Assembly: GCA_003696465.1 (NCBI GenBank)
Contig: RFHG01000227.1
Span: 1 to 35,488 of the forward strand
DNA from: Gammaproteobacteria bacterium
GTDB taxonomy: Bacteria; Pseudomonadota; Gammaproteobacteria; J044
Direction: 5' to 3'
Length of the DNA stretch: 35,488 nt
The notes under the pieces were generated by a model. That model was given only the letters and a program-made list of their open reading frames with translations. It was not told the origin of the DNA and searched no databases. A program made the translations under genes and the position numbers. The number at the start of each line of letters is the position of its first letter. Positions within the stretch are counted from its first letter, which is position 1. Below are positions 1 to 14,412 of this stretch, in pieces.

Positions 1-67
1 CTCCCCTTTTGTCCCGGCGCGGGCCTGCCCGCGCGTATCCGTCGTTCGGACCGGAGAATCCAGACAG

Positions 68-4525
<4,458 letters not shown>

Positions 4526-4564
4526 GTCACGGTGCCACGCCCCCGGTCCCGCTTCAACCCGCAG

Positions 4565-4588
4565 GCAGGGCCCGTCCCCGGGCCCTGC
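4565..4588 (+). terminator. GC-rich hairpin downstream of gltB (possible terminator or RNA-stabilising stem)
   Basis: Perfect 10-bp inverted repeat GCAGGGCCCG / CGGGCCCTGC around a 4-nt loop (tccc), about 40 nt after the gltB stop. No U-tract follows, so it is not a canonical intrinsic terminator. Confidence 0.3.
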
Positions 4589-4610
4589 CCTGCACGACGG
4601 GGCTAGCCAC

Positions 4611-6338
4611 ATGGCCGGGCGTATCCCGCAGCACTTCATCGACGAACTGATCGCCCGCACCGATATCGTCGAGGTGATCGGCCAGCGTGTGCCGCTGAAG
4701 AAGAAGGGCCGCGAGTATGCCGCCTGCTGCCCCTTCCATAGCGAGAAGACCCCTTCCTTCTATGTCAGCCCCGCCAAGCAGTTCTATCACTGCTTCGGCT
4801 GCGGTGCGCACGGTACCGCCATCGGCTTCCTCATGGAATACGACAACCTCGAGTTCGTCGAGGCCGTGGAGGAACTGGCCCGAATGGCGGGTGTGGAGGT
4901 GCCGCGCGAGCAGGCCAGCGACCGCGGCGGAGCCGCCCGCTCCGCCCCGGAACACGACCTGCAACCGCTGCGCGACCTGATGCAGGCCGCGGCCAGCTTT
5001 TACCAGGAGCAGCTCCGGCACAGCCCGCAGGCAGTGGAATACCTGCGCCAGCGCGGCCTGTCCGGCGAGATCGCGCGCGACTACGGGCTTGGCCATGCGC
5101 CGGACGACTGGGATGCCCTGCTGCAGCATCTGCAGGCCCCCGAGGAGCAGCTCGTCCAGGCCGGCCTCGCCATCCGCAACGAGCGTGGCCGCGTCTACGA
5201 CCGCTTCCGCAACCGCATCATGTTCCCCATCCGCAACCGCCGCGGCCAGGTCATCGGCTTCGGCGGGCGCGTGCTCGGCGACGGCGAGCCCAAGTACCTC
5301 AACTCGCCGGAGACGCCCCTGTTCCACAAGGGACGCGAACTCTACGGCCTGTACGAGGCGCGCCAGTTCAACCGCCGACTGGACCGGCTGCTGGTGGTCG
5401 AGGGCTACATGGACGTCATCGCCCTGGCCCAGCACGGCATACGCAATGCGGTGGCCACGCTGGGCACGGCCACTACCCCGGAGCACCTGCAGGTCCTGTT
5501 TCGCACCGTATCGCAGCTGGTGTTCTGCTTCGATGGCGACCGTGCCGGGCGCGAGGCGGCCTGGAAGGCGCTGGCCGTCACCCTGCCCTTCATGCAGGAC
5601 GGCTTTGAGGTGGGCTTCCTGTTCCTGCCCGAGGGCGAGGACCCCGACAGCCTGGTACGCGCCGAGGGACAGGCCGCCTTCGAGCGGCGACTGGATCAGG
5701 CCACCGGCATCAGCGAATACCTGATCGCGGAGCTGACCCGTCGGCACAATGTCCATACCCAGGCCGGGCGCACCCATCTGGCTACCGATGCCATGGCGCT
5801 CATCGGCCCCATGCCGCGCGGCCTGCTGCGTACCGCCCTGGTGGAGGAAGTGGCGCGGCTGACCCACCTGCGCCCGGAGCAGCTCGAGGGCGGGCAGGGC
5901 ACCCGTATTGCGGCCGTGGACCGCAGGCAGCAGCTGCGCATCACGCCCGTGCGGCTGGCCCTCCACGCCCTGCTGCACGAACCGGCCCTGGCCGACGACG
6001 ACATGCCCACGGACTGGCTGCACACGCTGGACCGCCCCGGCATCGATCTGCTGCTGGAACTCATTGAAACCATCCGCCGCGAACCCCATATAAGCCCTGC
6101 AGTCCTGCTCGAACGCTATCGCGGTACCGAGGCAGGCCGCCACCTGCAGCGTATCGCTGCCTGGCAGCCGCCGGGCTTCGAGGGCGCCGCCGTGGCCCGC
6201 ATGTATCAAGACGCCATGGACACATTGCGCCGGCAGCACGAGGAGCAGCGGCTCGAGGCCCTGCTCCACAAGGCCGATACCGAGGGCCTGTCCGAGGCTG
6301 AAAAGCGGGAACTGCGCGGCCTGCTCGAACGGCGCTGA
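4611..6338 (+). CDS. dnaG: DNA primase
   Basis: 575-aa ORF. It has the CHC2 zinc finger (CCPFHSEKTPSFYVSPAKQFYHCFGC), a TOPRIM core (VVEGYMDVIAL, FDGDRAGREAA) and a C-terminal helicase-interaction region, and lies immediately upstream of rpoD. Confidence 0.97.
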   Translation: MAGRIPQHFIDELIARTDIVEVIGQRVPLKKKGREYAACCPFHSEKTPSFYVSPAKQFYHCFGCGAHGTAIGFLMEYDNLEFVEAVEELARMAGVEVPREQASDRGGAARSAPEHDLQPLRDLMQAAASFYQEQLRHSPQAVEYLRQRGLSGEIARDYGLGHAPDDWDALLQHLQAPEEQLVQAGLAIRNERGRVYDRFRNRIMFPIRNRRGQVIGFGGRVLGDGEPKYLNSPETPLFHKGRELYGLYEARQFNRRLDRLLVVEGYMDVIALAQHGIRNAVATLGTATTPEHLQVLFRTVSQLVFCFDGDRAGREAAWKALAVTLPFMQDGFEVGFLFLPEGEDPDSLVRAEGQAAFERRLDQATGISEYLIAELTRRHNVHTQAGRTHLATDAMALIGPMPRGLLRTALVEEVARLTHLRPEQLEGGQGTRIAAVDRRQQLRITPVRLALHALLHEPALADDDMPTDWLHTLDRPGIDLLLELIETIRREPHISPAVLLERYRGTEAGRHLQRIAAWQPPGFEGAAVARMYQDAMDTLRRQHEEQRLEALLHKADTEGLSEAEKRELRGLLERR

Positions 6339-6382
6339 GTGCCGTTGCGGGCAACACGCCCATGGCGTGAAAGTGCCAGGCA

Positions 6383-6391
6383 TGCTATAAT
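6383..6391 (+). promoter_or_regulatory. Candidate extended -10 promoter element for rpoD
   Basis: TGcTATAAT, with the TATAAT at 6386-6391, lies 45 nt upstream of the rpoD ATG in the 97-nt dnaG-rpoD spacer. There is no good -35 (TGGCGT at the 17-bp spacing). Confidence 0.35.
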
Positions 6392-6435
6392 GCCGGGTTC
6401 CATTCCGATATTTTGTTCAGGCATCCAGAGACCCC

Positions 6436-8241
<1,806 letters not shown>

Positions 8242-8295
8242 CCCCACCCTTGCATGCGGCCCGTACATCCGGCAGGATGGCGGGCCGTGTCCCAC

Positions 8296-8372
8296 GGGCC
8301 TGTAGCTCAGTTGGTCAGAGCAGTCGACTCATAATCGATTGGTCCCAGGTTCAAGTCCTGGCGGGCCCACCA
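8296..8372 (+). tRNA. ileX: tRNA with CAU anticodon, most likely tRNA-Ile2 (lysidine-modified, ileX-like) rather than elongator tRNA-Met
   Basis: It folds by hand into a cloverleaf: acceptor GGGCCTG/CGGGCCC, D-stem GCTC/GAGC, anticodon stem GTCGA/TCGAT, loop CTCATAA (anticodon CAT), T-arm CCAGG-TTCAAGT-CCTGG, and an encoded CCA. It closely resembles E. coli ileX as I recall it and sits directly after rpoD as ileX does. It carries C4-G69, C5-G68 and G27-U43, which I recall as TilS identity elements. Confidence 0.9.
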
Positions 8373-8399
8373 TCTTCCGCATCTCCCTGCCCCGGACAC

Positions 8400-8427
8400 T
8401 TGATTATGCCCCCGGATTTGGCATAGT
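8400..8427 (+). promoter_or_regulatory. Weak sigma-70-like promoter candidate upstream of motA/pomA
   Basis: TTGATT (8400-8405), a 16-nt spacer, then CATAGT (8422-8427), about 46 nt upstream of the ATG at 8474. Each hexamer matches 4/6 only. Confidence 0.25.
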
Positions 8428-8473
8428 TGGGCAAACCGGAACGGCTTTTTCACCAACCCTCAAGGAACAGCGC

Positions 8474-9235
8474 ATGGATCTGGCCACCCTGATCGGCCTC
8501 GTCAGCGTCATCGGCGTCGTCGTCGGATCGATCCTGATCGGCGGCGACATCGGCATCTTCATCAATGTGCCGTCGATCATCATCGTCGTCGGCGGCACCC
8601 TGGCTGCCACCATCATCCGCGTCTCGCTGGGGCAATTTCTGGGCTCCTTCAAGGTCGGCCTGAAGGCCGTCTTCAACAAGCAGACCCCGCCGGAGAAACT
8701 CATCGAGGAGGCCGTGGAACTGGCCAATGTGGCGCGCAAGGAAGGCATCCTGGCGCTGGAGAATGCCGAGATCAGCGACCCCTTCCTCAAGCGCGGCATC
8801 TCGCTGTGCATCGACGGGCACCCGCCGGAAGTGGTGCAGCAGATGCTGTCCAAGGACATCAACCTGGCCATCGAGCGCCACGAGGTGGGGGTCAACATGT
8901 TCAAGGCCATCGGCGACTATGCCCCGGCCATGGGCATGATCGGTACCCTCATCGGTCTGGTGCAGATGCTGTCCAACATGTCCGACCCGAAATCCATCGG
9001 CCCGGCCATGGCGGTGGCCCTGCTCACCACCCTCTATGGCGCCATCATCGCCAACGGTTTTGCCCTGCCGATCTCGGAAAAGCTCAAGACCATCAGCGAC
9101 CAGGAGCGGCTCACCCGCAGCCTGATCCTGGAATCCATCTCCGCCATCCAGGCCGGCACCAACCCCAGGGTGATGGAGCAGCTGCTCTATACCTATCTGC
9201 CGGAATCCAAGCGGCCGGCGGCAGATGCCGAATAG
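8474..9235 (+). CDS. motA: Flagellar motor stator protein A (MotA/PomA family, PomA-like, 253 aa)
   Basis: I chose the internal ATG at 8474 (MDLATLIGL...), preceded by AAGGAA. The longer ORF from 8339 would overlap the tRNA. The sequence tracks Vibrio PomA closely by eye (MDLATL..., GDYAPAMGMIGTLIGLVQMLSNMSDPKSIGPAMAVALLTTLYGA, QAGTNPRV). Confidence 0.93.
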   Translation: MDLATLIGLVSVIGVVVGSILIGGDIGIFINVPSIIIVVGGTLAATIIRVSLGQFLGSFKVGLKAVFNKQTPPEKLIEEAVELANVARKEGILALENAEISDPFLKRGISLCIDGHPPEVVQQMLSKDINLAIERHEVGVNMFKAIGDYAPAMGMIGTLIGLVQMLSNMSDPKSIGPAMAVALLTTLYGAIIANGFALPISEKLKTISDQERLTRSLILESISAIQAGTNPRVMEQLLYTYLPESKRPAADAE

Positions 9236-9250
9236 AGGCACCCGGGCACC

Positions 9251-10090
9251 ATGAGCGAAGAAGAGGCCAAACAGGAGGACTGCCCCAGCGGCGCGCCGGC
9301 GTGGGTGATGACCTTCGCCGACCTGATGTCGCTGCTGATGTGCTTCTTCGTGCTGCTGCTCTCGTTCTCGGAGATGGACGTGCAGAAGTTCAAGCAGATC
9401 GCCGGCTCCATGAAGTACGCCTTCGGCGTGCAGCGCACCATCGAGGCCAAGGACATCCCCAAGGGCACCAGCGTCATCGCGCAGGAATTCAGCCCGGGCA
9501 AGCCGACGCCCACCACCCTGCAGGTGGTACAGCAGGAGACCACCGACGACACGCGTGACAATGTCGAGATGATGGAGGCCACCTCGAAGAAGATCCAGGA
9601 GATGGCCGAGACCCTGCGCGAGGAGCTGAAGGACGAGGTGGATCAGGGCCTGCTCGAAGTCGACACCGAGGCCAACGAGGTCATGATCCGCATCCGCGAG
9701 AAGGGCTCCTTCCCCTCCGGCAGCGCGGTCATCAACAAGTCCTTCCTCCCCATCCTGCGACGCATTGCCGAGGTACTGAAGAAGACCGACGGCGAGATCG
9801 TGGTGGCCGGCCATACCGACAACATCCCCATCTCCACCCCCACCTATCCCTCCAACTGGGTGCTCTCGGCCGCACGTGCCGCCAATGTGGTGCACTACTT
9901 CAGCAAGATCGACCCGGAGCTCTCGAAACGCATGCAGATCCGAGCCTATGCCGATACCCGGCCCAAGGCACCGAATGACACCCCGGAAAACCGGGCCAGG
10001 AACCGCCGGGTCGAGATCATCATCCGCGAGGGCAGCCAACAGCCGATCGAGGTCGAGGACCCCGAGAACATCCTGGAGATCCAGCAATGA
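9251..10090 (+). CDS. motB: Flagellar motor stator protein B (MotB/PomB family) with OmpA-like peptidoglycan-binding domain
   Basis: 279-aa ORF starting 15 nt after motA. It has a single TM helix with the conserved channel Asp (WVMTFADLMSLLMCFFVLLL) and a C-terminal OmpA-like motif (VVAGHTDNIPI...SNWVLSAARAANV...NRRVEIII). Confidence 0.93.
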   Translation: MSEEEAKQEDCPSGAPAWVMTFADLMSLLMCFFVLLLSFSEMDVQKFKQIAGSMKYAFGVQRTIEAKDIPKGTSVIAQEFSPGKPTPTTLQVVQQETTDDTRDNVEMMEATSKKIQEMAETLREELKDEVDQGLLEVDTEANEVMIRIREKGSFPSGSAVINKSFLPILRRIAEVLKKTDGEIVVAGHTDNIPISTPTYPSNWVLSAARAANVVHYFSKIDPELSKRMQIRAYADTRPKAPNDTPENRARNRRVEIIIREGSQQPIEVEDPENILEIQQ

Positions 10091-10665
10091 GTGATCCGGG
10101 CGCAAGCGAGCGGCGGCGCAGTTTCCGCGTGACCGACCGGGTGGCGCTGCAGGTCCGTGCACTGGATGATGCCGGCCTGGCCAGGGAGGAGGCCGAATTC
10201 GACCTGGAGCGGGAACGGCTGGCGCTGGTCAACGACTACCTGCTGCAGAAGGACCAGGCCCTGCCGCGCCTGGCCGCCATCCAGTCGCATCACCCGGACG
10301 TGGCCGCATACCTGCGGCATCTCGAGCACAAGATCGACCAGCTGGCCGGTGTCTTCCAGCAGCGCGAACTTGGACTCCCGCAACGCCCCACGCATGAGGT
10401 CAACCTCAGCGCCACCGGTATCCGTTTCGAACATGATGCCGCACTGCCAAAGGACGGCCCTGTGCTGCTCGACATCGTGATCTACCCGGAGCTCGCCGTC
10501 ATCCACGCCCTGGGGCGCGTGGTCTGGTGTCGCCCGGCCGGGGACGGACAGCACGAGATTGCGGTCGATTTCAGCCGCATCGATACGCGGGACGCGGATC
10601 TGCTGGCACGCCACAACATACGCACCCAGCTGCGCAGCATCCGGCGACCGCTCGACGAGGACTGA
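10087..10665 (+). CDS. PilZ domain protein (putative c-di-GMP receptor) with a long helical insertion
   Basis: 192-aa ORF whose ATG overlaps the motB stop (ATGA). RxxxR is present (RRSFR, residues 10-14) and the N-x-S-x-x-G motif (NLSATG) lies at residues 106-111, followed by beta-rich PilZ-like sequence. GGAG lies 8 nt upstream of the start. Confidence 0.8.
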   Translation: MSDPGASERRRSFRVTDRVALQVRALDDAGLAREEAEFDLERERLALVNDYLLQKDQALPRLAAIQSHHPDVAAYLRHLEHKIDQLAGVFQQRELGLPQRPTHEVNLSATGIRFEHDAALPKDGPVLLDIVIYPELAVIHALGRVVWCRPAGDGQHEIAVDFSRIDTRDADLLARHNIRTQLRSIRRPLDED

Positions 10666-12116
10666 TGGCCGACCCTGCCCTACTCGAACAGGTCACCGGG
10701 CTGCGCATCCCGGCGCTGGCCGAACACCTGCGCGCCTGCCGCGACACCCTGGACGCACCGGGCACCGCGCTGGCCGATGTCGGTGTCATCATCAACCGCG
10801 ATCCCGGGCTGGCCACACACTTCTTCCGTCACATCAACAAGAGCCGGCTCGATGGCAGCCGCCCGCTCATCAGCACCATCGAGAGCAGTCTCAACCTGCT
10901 GGGCGAAACGGCCATCCGCAACCTGCTCGAGCAGGTACCGGTGCTGGAAGAGCAGGTCACCGACAAGGCCGTCCTGCAACACTGGTACCGACTCATCGTG
11001 CGCAGCCGGCTGGCGGCCGAGATTGCCGCCGACTGGGGCCGGCTGCAGAACGACCGCGCACCCAGCGAGCTGATGGCGGCCTGCACCCTGCTGCCGCTGG
11101 GAGAATACCTGCTGGCCCTGCTCGAACCCGCCAGCTTCCTTGCCTGTGCCAGGGAGGAGCTGGCCGGCGGCCACCGCAACACCTGCGAGCTCGAACGCCT
11201 GGGCATCCGCAGCCGCGATCTGGGACGGGAGGCCGCCCGCGCCTGGGGACTGCCCCAGCTGCTGCAGGAGGCCCTGGATCCGGCCGCCATGATCGGCCGG
11301 GCACAGAACGTGGTGGTCGCCTACGCGCTGGCCAGTGCAGCCGATGTCGAGCACTGGCGCAGCCCCGCCGTGGAGGCGGCCATGGAGCTGGCTTCGGGCT
11401 ATCTCAACCGCCCATTGGCCGAGGTCAGCCACCGGGTGCATCAGGTCGCTGCCCATGCCGCACGCCAGTTCCGGCTGCCTGGCGTCATCCCGCCTGCGGC
11501 CAAGCTGCTGTGGACCGTGCTGCCGGAGCCGGGCAGCCAGGGAGAAGCAGAGCCGGAAACGCCCCCCACGGCGGAACCCGAAACCGCCCCGCCCTCGCCC
11601 GCCGCACCGGACATCGCGCCGCTGAAGCAGGCCCTGACCCGAACCCTGCAGGAAGGCGGCGATGCCAATGCCCTCATCCGTACCCTGCTCGAACGGCTGC
11701 ACGAGGACTACGGCTTCGAGCGCAGCCTCCTGCTGCTGCCCGATCCGCAACGCACCCGGCTCAATGTGCGCCACCAGCGCGGCTTTGGCCGTGAGACGGC
11801 CGGGCTGTTCGTGGACCTCGTCCGCCCCGGCCTGTTCCGCAAGGCGATGGAGAAACAGCAGCTGCTGTGGATCCGCGACGAGAACTATCCCAAAGTGGCT
11901 GCCGGCCTGCCCGAGCGCTGGACCCGGGCGGTGGCCTCGGCCAACTTCCTGCTGCTGACGCTCGGGGTGGGCGAGCGCACGCTGGGCGTGATCTATCTCG
12001 ACCAGGGTGGGCGCCCCATTCCGCCCGAACTGGCCCGGGCCCTGCAGCCGGCGGCCAAACTCCTGGCTCGCGCGCTGCAGATCGCGCACGAGCGCAAGCA
12101 TCAGCGCAAGGCGTAG
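10665..12116 (+). CDS. HDOD domain - Pro/Ala/Glu-rich linker - GAF domain protein
   Basis: I chose the start at ATG 10665, which overlaps the PilZ stop (TGATG). The ORF-track start at 10527 would overlap PilZ by 139 nt. The N-terminus matches the HDOD pattern ([13 protein letters not shown]...[26 protein letters not shown]...[17 protein letters not shown]). The C-terminus is GAF-like ([20 protein letters not shown]...[14 protein letters not shown]). Confidence 0.8.
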   Translation: MADPALLEQVTGLRIPALAEHLRACRDTLDAPGTALADVGVIINRDPGLATHFFRHINKSRLDGSRPLISTIESSLNLLGETAIRNLLEQVPVLEEQVTDKAVLQHWYRLIVRSRLAAEIAADWGRLQNDRAPSELMAACTLLPLGEYLLALLEPASFLACAREELAGGHRNTCELERLGIRSRDLGREAARAWGLPQLLQEALDPAAMIGRAQNVVVAYALASAADVEHWRSPAVEAAMELASGYLNRPLAEVSHRVHQVAAHAARQFRLPGVIPPAAKLLWTVLPEPGSQGEAEPETPPTAEPETAPPSPAAPDIAPLKQALTRTLQEGGDANALIRTLLERLHEDYGFERSLLLLPDPQRTRLNVRHQRGFGRETAGLFVDLVRPGLFRKAMEKQQLLWIRDENYPKVAAGLPERWTRAVASANFLLLTLGVGERTLGVIYLDQGGRPIPPELARALQPAAKLLARALQIAHERKHQRKA

Positions 12117-12997
12117 TCCAGCACCAGCCCGGCAAAGATCGCTGCGCCGACCCAATTGTTCTCGAGGAAGGCCTTGAAGCAGGCCGCCGGCTCCCTGTTG
12201 CGCACCCGCCATTGCTGATGCAGCATCAGCAGGGCCGCCACGGCCAGTCCGGCCAGCCACCAGCCATCGAGTCCCGCCTGGCGTCCGGCCAGCCACAGCG
12301 CCAGCAGGAACAGGCCCTGCAGCACGCCCACCATGAACCGATCGAGATCACCGAACAGGATGGCGGTGGACTTGACGCCGATGCGCAGGTCGTCCTCGCG
12401 GTCGGCCATGGCATACAGCGTGTCATAGGCCGTGGTCCACAGCAGGTTGGCAATGAACAGCAGCCAGGCCACCGGCGGCGGGAAACTGCCTGTCTGTGCG
12501 GCAAAGGCCATGGGTATGGCCCAGCCAAAGGCTGCGCCCAGGTGTACCTGCGGCAGATAATGAAAGCGCTTCATGAAGGGATAGGTCGCCGCCAGCAGCA
12601 CCGCCACCACCGACAGGCGAATCGTGAGGCTGTTGAGCGTGAGCACCAGGGCAAAGGCCAGCAGGCAGAGCAGCACGAAGATGCCCAGTGCCTCGCGTGG
12701 AGTGATCTCGCCGGCGGCAAGCGGCCGCGTCCGGGTACGCGCCACATGCGGGTCGAACCCGCGGTCGGCATAGTCATTGATGGCACAGCCCGCCGAGCGC
12801 ATCAGCACCACGCCGGCAACAAAGACCGCCACCACGCGCCAGTCAGGATGTCCCTCGCCCGCAATCCACAGTGCCCACAGGGTGGGCCAGAGCAGCAGAA
12901 AGATGCCGATCGGCCGGTCCAGGCGGATCAGGCGGGCATAGGCCGACAGGCGCTGGCGGCGGCAGGTCGGGTTCCTGAAGCAGTCAACGAGATTCAT
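12101..12997 (-). CDS. ubiA: 4-hydroxybenzoate polyprenyltransferase (ubiquinone biosynthesis)
   Basis: UbiA prenyltransferase motifs ([25 protein letters not shown]; [18 protein letters not shown]) in a polytopic membrane profile. I chose the start at the second Met (MNLVDCF..., 12997); the ORF extends to 13036. Confidence 0.92.
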   Translation of the reverse strand: MNLVDCFRNPTCRRQRLSAYARLIRLDRPIGIFLLLWPTLWALWIAGEGHPDWRVVAVFVAGVVLMRSAGCAINDYADRGFDPHVARTRTRPLAAGEITPREALGIFVLLCLLAFALVLTLNSLTIRLSVVAVLLAATYPFMKRFHYLPQVHLGAAFGWAIPMAFAAQTGSFPPPVAWLLFIANLLWTTAYDTLYAMADREDDLRIGVKSTAILFGDLDRFMVGVLQGLFLLALWLAGRQAGLDGWWLAGLAVAALLMLHQQWRVRNREPAACFKAFLENNWVGAAIFAGLVLDYALR

Positions 12998-13021
12998 CTC
13001 GGTCCGAATGTTGTGGGGGCG

Positions 13022-13027
13022 TATAAT
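13022..13027 (+). promoter_or_regulatory. Candidate -10 hexamer for gor in the ubiA/gor divergent spacer
   Basis: Perfect TATAAT 39 nt upstream of the gor ATG at 13066. I found no convincing -35 or TG extension. Confidence 0.25.
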
Positions 13028-13065
13028 CTTACGCAATATCCTGCCTACAGTCTTTGGGAGCCAGC

Positions 13066-14412
13066 ATGAGCAAACACTACGACCTGATCGCCATCGGTGG
13101 CGGCAGTGGCGGCCTCTCGGTCGCCGAACGCGCGGCCCGCTACGGGGCCCGCTGCGCGGTGGTGGAATCCGGCCGCCTTGGCGGCACCTGCGTGAATGTC
13201 GGCTGCGTGCCGAAGAAGGTCATGTGGTATGCCGCCGAGATCGCGCATGTACTGGAGATGGCGCCCGACTACGGCTTCTCCGTCGAACGCGGCCCGCTCG
13301 ACTGGGGCGAACTGGTGCGCAGGCGCGAGGCCTACATCAGCGGCATCAACACCTGGTACCACAGCTATCTCGAGGATTCCGACATCGACGAGATCCCCGG
13401 CCATGCCCGTTTCGTCGATGCGCATACCCTCGAGGTCGAAGGCAAGCGGTACACAGCCGACCACATCGTCATCGCCACCGGCGGACGTCCGGCCGTGCCG
13501 GAGGTGCCGGGCGCCGAACTCGGCATCACCTCCGACGGCTTCTTCGCCCTTGCCGAACAGCCCCGGCGCGTGGCCGTGGTGGGCGCAGGCTACATCGCGG
13601 TGGAGATCGCCGGTGTGCTCAACGCCCTTGGCTCCGAGGTCAGTCTGTACCTGCGCCGGGAGCACTTCCTGCGCAGCTTTGACGCCATGCTGCGCGAGGG
13701 ACTGATGGAACAGATGCTGGAGGACGGCGTCTCCATCTTCTCCCGTACCCAGGTCGCGGAACTCAGGCGCAGTGATGAAGGCATCACCCTTATTTGCGAC
13801 CAGGGCAGCGAGACCCACGGCCTGGACGCGGTGATCTGGGCCATCGGCCGCAGCCCCAACACCGACGACCTCAACCTGGAGGCGGCGGGCGTGCAGCGGG
13901 CAGAGGACGGGACCATCCCGGTCGATGCCTTCCAGAACACCAATGTGGAGGGCATCTACGCCGTCGGTGACATCATCGGCCAGGCCCAGCTCACGCCGGT
14001 GGCCATCGCTGCCGCCCGCCGTCTGGCCGACCGCCTGTTCGGCGGCCAGCCGGAACGGCACCTGTCGTACGATCTCATCCCCACCGTGGTCTTCAGCCAC
14101 CCGCCGATCGGCACCGTGGGCCTGACCGAGGGCGAGGCGCGCGCGCTGCACGGCGCGGCGGTCAAGGTCTATCAGACCCGCTTCACCCCCATGCTGCATG
14201 CCTTCACCGAACGCAAGGTGCAGACGGCGATGAAGCTGGTCACGGTAGGCGCGAAGGAGAAGGTGGTCGGCTGCCACATCCTTGGCCCGGGAGCCGACGA
14301 GATGCTGCAGGGCTTTGCCGTGGCCATCCGCATGGGCGCCACCAAGCGCGATCTGGACGACACCATTGCCATCCATCCCACCAGCGCCGAAGAACTGGTG
14401 ACCATGCGATGA
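13066..14412 (+). CDS. gor: Glutathione-disulfide reductase
   Basis: It has the FAD fingerprint ([11 protein letters not shown]), the redox-active disulfide motif ([13 protein letters not shown]) and the Gor-type C-terminus ([14 protein letters not shown]). The start [13 protein letters not shown] parallels E. coli Gor MTKHYDYIAIGGG, with GGGAG upstream. The ORF track begins 12 nt earlier, at 13054. Confidence 0.93.
   Translation: MSKHYDLIAIGGGSGGLSVAERAARYGARCAVVESGRLGGTCVNVGCVPKKVMWYAAEIAHVLEMAPDYGFSVERGPLDWGELVRRREAYISGINTWYHSYLEDSDIDEIPGHARFVDAHTLEVEGKRYTADHIVIATGGRPAVPEVPGAELGITSDGFFALAEQPRRVAVVGAGYIAVEIAGVLNALGSEVSLYLRREHFLRSFDAMLREGLMEQMLEDGVSIFSRTQVAELRRSDEGITLICDQGSETHGLDAVIWAIGRSPNTDDLNLEAAGVQRAEDGTIPVDAFQNTNVEGIYAVGDIIGQAQLTPVAIAAARRLADRLFGGQPERHLSYDLIPTVVFSHPPIGTVGLTEGEARALHGAAVKVYQTRFTPMLHAFTERKVQTAMKLVTVGAKEKVVGCHILGPGADEMLQGFAVAIRMGATKRDLDDTIAIHPTSAEELVTMR

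Noticed and set aside
8417-8432. A sigma-54-like element (TGGCATAGTTGGGCAA) upstream of the stator operon.
   Set aside because: The GG-to-GC spacing is one nucleotide shorter than the TGGCAC-N5-TTGC consensus, and the -12 element reads GGGC rather than TTGC. This geometry is normally non-functional.
8339-8473. N-terminally extended start for motA/pomA. Analogous long starts exist for the HDOD gene (10527), ubiA (13036), the ArsR-rhodanese gene (18028), hemF (21870) and def (27717).
   Set aside because: The extensions overlap the tRNA or neighbouring genes, are not conserved relative to known family N-termini, and lack Shine-Dalgarno sequences. The internal starts match homologue N-termini and have plausible ribosome-binding sites.
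11547-11594. A 24-bp tandem duplication inside the HDOD-GAF gene, considered as a possible repeat element.
   Set aside because: I counted only 16/24 identities. It encodes a Pro/Ala/Glu-rich interdomain linker ([16 protein letters not shown]), so low-complexity coding sequence is the simpler explanation.
8373-13065. The stator-PilZ-HDOD cluster as a tRNA-targeted genomic island.
   Set aside because: There is no integrase, recombinase or transposase. I noticed no direct repeat of the tRNA 3' end on visual scanning. Base composition and codon style look like the flanks, and the far boundary is a core gene (ubiA) that overlaps the cluster's last gene.
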